Positions 31,723 through 32,000 of a DNA stretch of 32,000 bases are shown here, piece after piece. The translations under genes were made by a program, and so were the position numbers. Source of the DNA: Ureibacillus terrenus. Lineage in GTDB: Bacteria > Bacillota > Bacilli > Bacillales_A > Planococcaceae. Below the pieces are notes generated by a model. The model did no database searches. It was not told the DNA's origin and was given only the letters and a program-made list of their open reading frames with translations. Each line of letters starts with the position of its first letter. Positions within the stretch are counted from its first letter, which is position 1. The stretch is taken from contig NZ_VIGD01000001.1 of assembly GCF_006569205.1 (NCBI RefSeq), positions 17,065 to 49,064 on the forward strand, read 5' to 3'.

Positions 31723-32000
31723 TTATGTGAAACCGAGCTGATCTTCCAAACCGAAATCTTCAAAATGAAAATTGGATACAAAGGATGGGGAACGGTATAT
31801 TCGTTCCTCCATTTTGTTCGTTAAAATATCGTCCAGCTCGCCGACAACTTTTTCAAAAACATCGATTTTATTGCCCAATAAATCAATGATCCGGTCTTCA
31901 ATCGTATCTTGAACGGCCAGATTGTAAATATATACATCGGACTCTTGCCCGAACCGGTGGACACGGCCGATCCGCTGTTCAATTTTCATCGGATTCCAAG
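31723..32000 (-). CDS. SNF2 family helicase, C-terminal end (partial, continues beyond the window)
   Basis: Helicase motif VI is QRIGRVHRFGQ, followed by VYIYNL....TIEDRI, typical of SNF2/RapA-type ATPases. The frame is open to the window edge. Confidence 0.85.
   Translation of the reverse strand, partial: WNPMKIEQRIGRVHRFGQESDVYIYNLAVQDTIEDRIIDLLGNKIDVFEKVVGELDDILTNKMEERIYRSPSFVSNFHFEDFGLEDQLGFT

Noticed and set aside
1-32000. CRISPR arrays, tRNA or rRNA genes, IS elements, integrases, prophage modules
   Set aside because: I saw no direct-repeat/spacer periodicity, no cloverleaf-compatible conserved tRNA blocks (GTTCGAATC-type T-loops), no transposase or recombinase-like ORFs, and no terminal inverted repeats flanking any gene block.

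Overview
The window looks like a chromosomal segment of a low-GC, endospore-forming Bacillaceae-type Firmicute. Support: GGAGG-type ribosome-binding sites, frequent TTG/GTG starts, and CotD, YjcZ, YvrJ, CcdA/CcdC, YneK-like and YqhG/YqhH-like genes. About 75% of genes are on the minus strand. I saw no tRNA, rRNA, CRISPR array, transposase or integrase.

Content from left to right:
- ilvB 5' end behind a clear T-box leader, then ilvD.
- A small hydrophobic ORF with canonical expression signals, a GlsB/YeaQ stress protein and a CwlQ-like lytic transglycosylase.
- A MetI-like PLP enzyme and an Sco1 lipoprotein.
- A DUF1659-DUF2922-YvrJ triad, a YneK-like gene, ccdC and ccdA.
- An accessory-looking block: GIY-YIG-like protein, RarD, a signal-less Amidase_3 enzyme and an HSL-type esterase.
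- cotD, a TelA-like protein, an SDR, a YjcZ-like peptide, an NRDE protein, a tandem AhpD/CMD protein and serC.
- An rtp (replication terminator protein) homologue.
- An archaeal-type proS behind a terminator-containing leader.
- A frameshifted, internally deleted MCP pseudogene and a CPA2 antiporter.
- A TPP-riboswitch-controlled thiM-thiD-thiE operon and an RNase H-like protein.
- A coiled-coil protein followed by a membrane polysaccharide-deacetylase homologue whose catalytic motif reads TFND.
- A small hydrophilic ORF, a secreted alpha-carbonic anhydrase, yqhG and the 3' end of an SNF2 helicase.

Most noteworthy observations:
- The rtp homologue is bracketed by imperfect ~60-bp direct repeats, with a third diverged copy 4.5 kb away. 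No B. subtilis-type Ter consensus is present.
- The proS leader cannot be classified.
- A promoter precedes a terminator in the leader of the antiporter gene.
- There are several conserved-but-uncharacterised gene sets.

I found no clearly defined novel multi-gene system. All functional calls come from motif recognition by eye and need profile searches.
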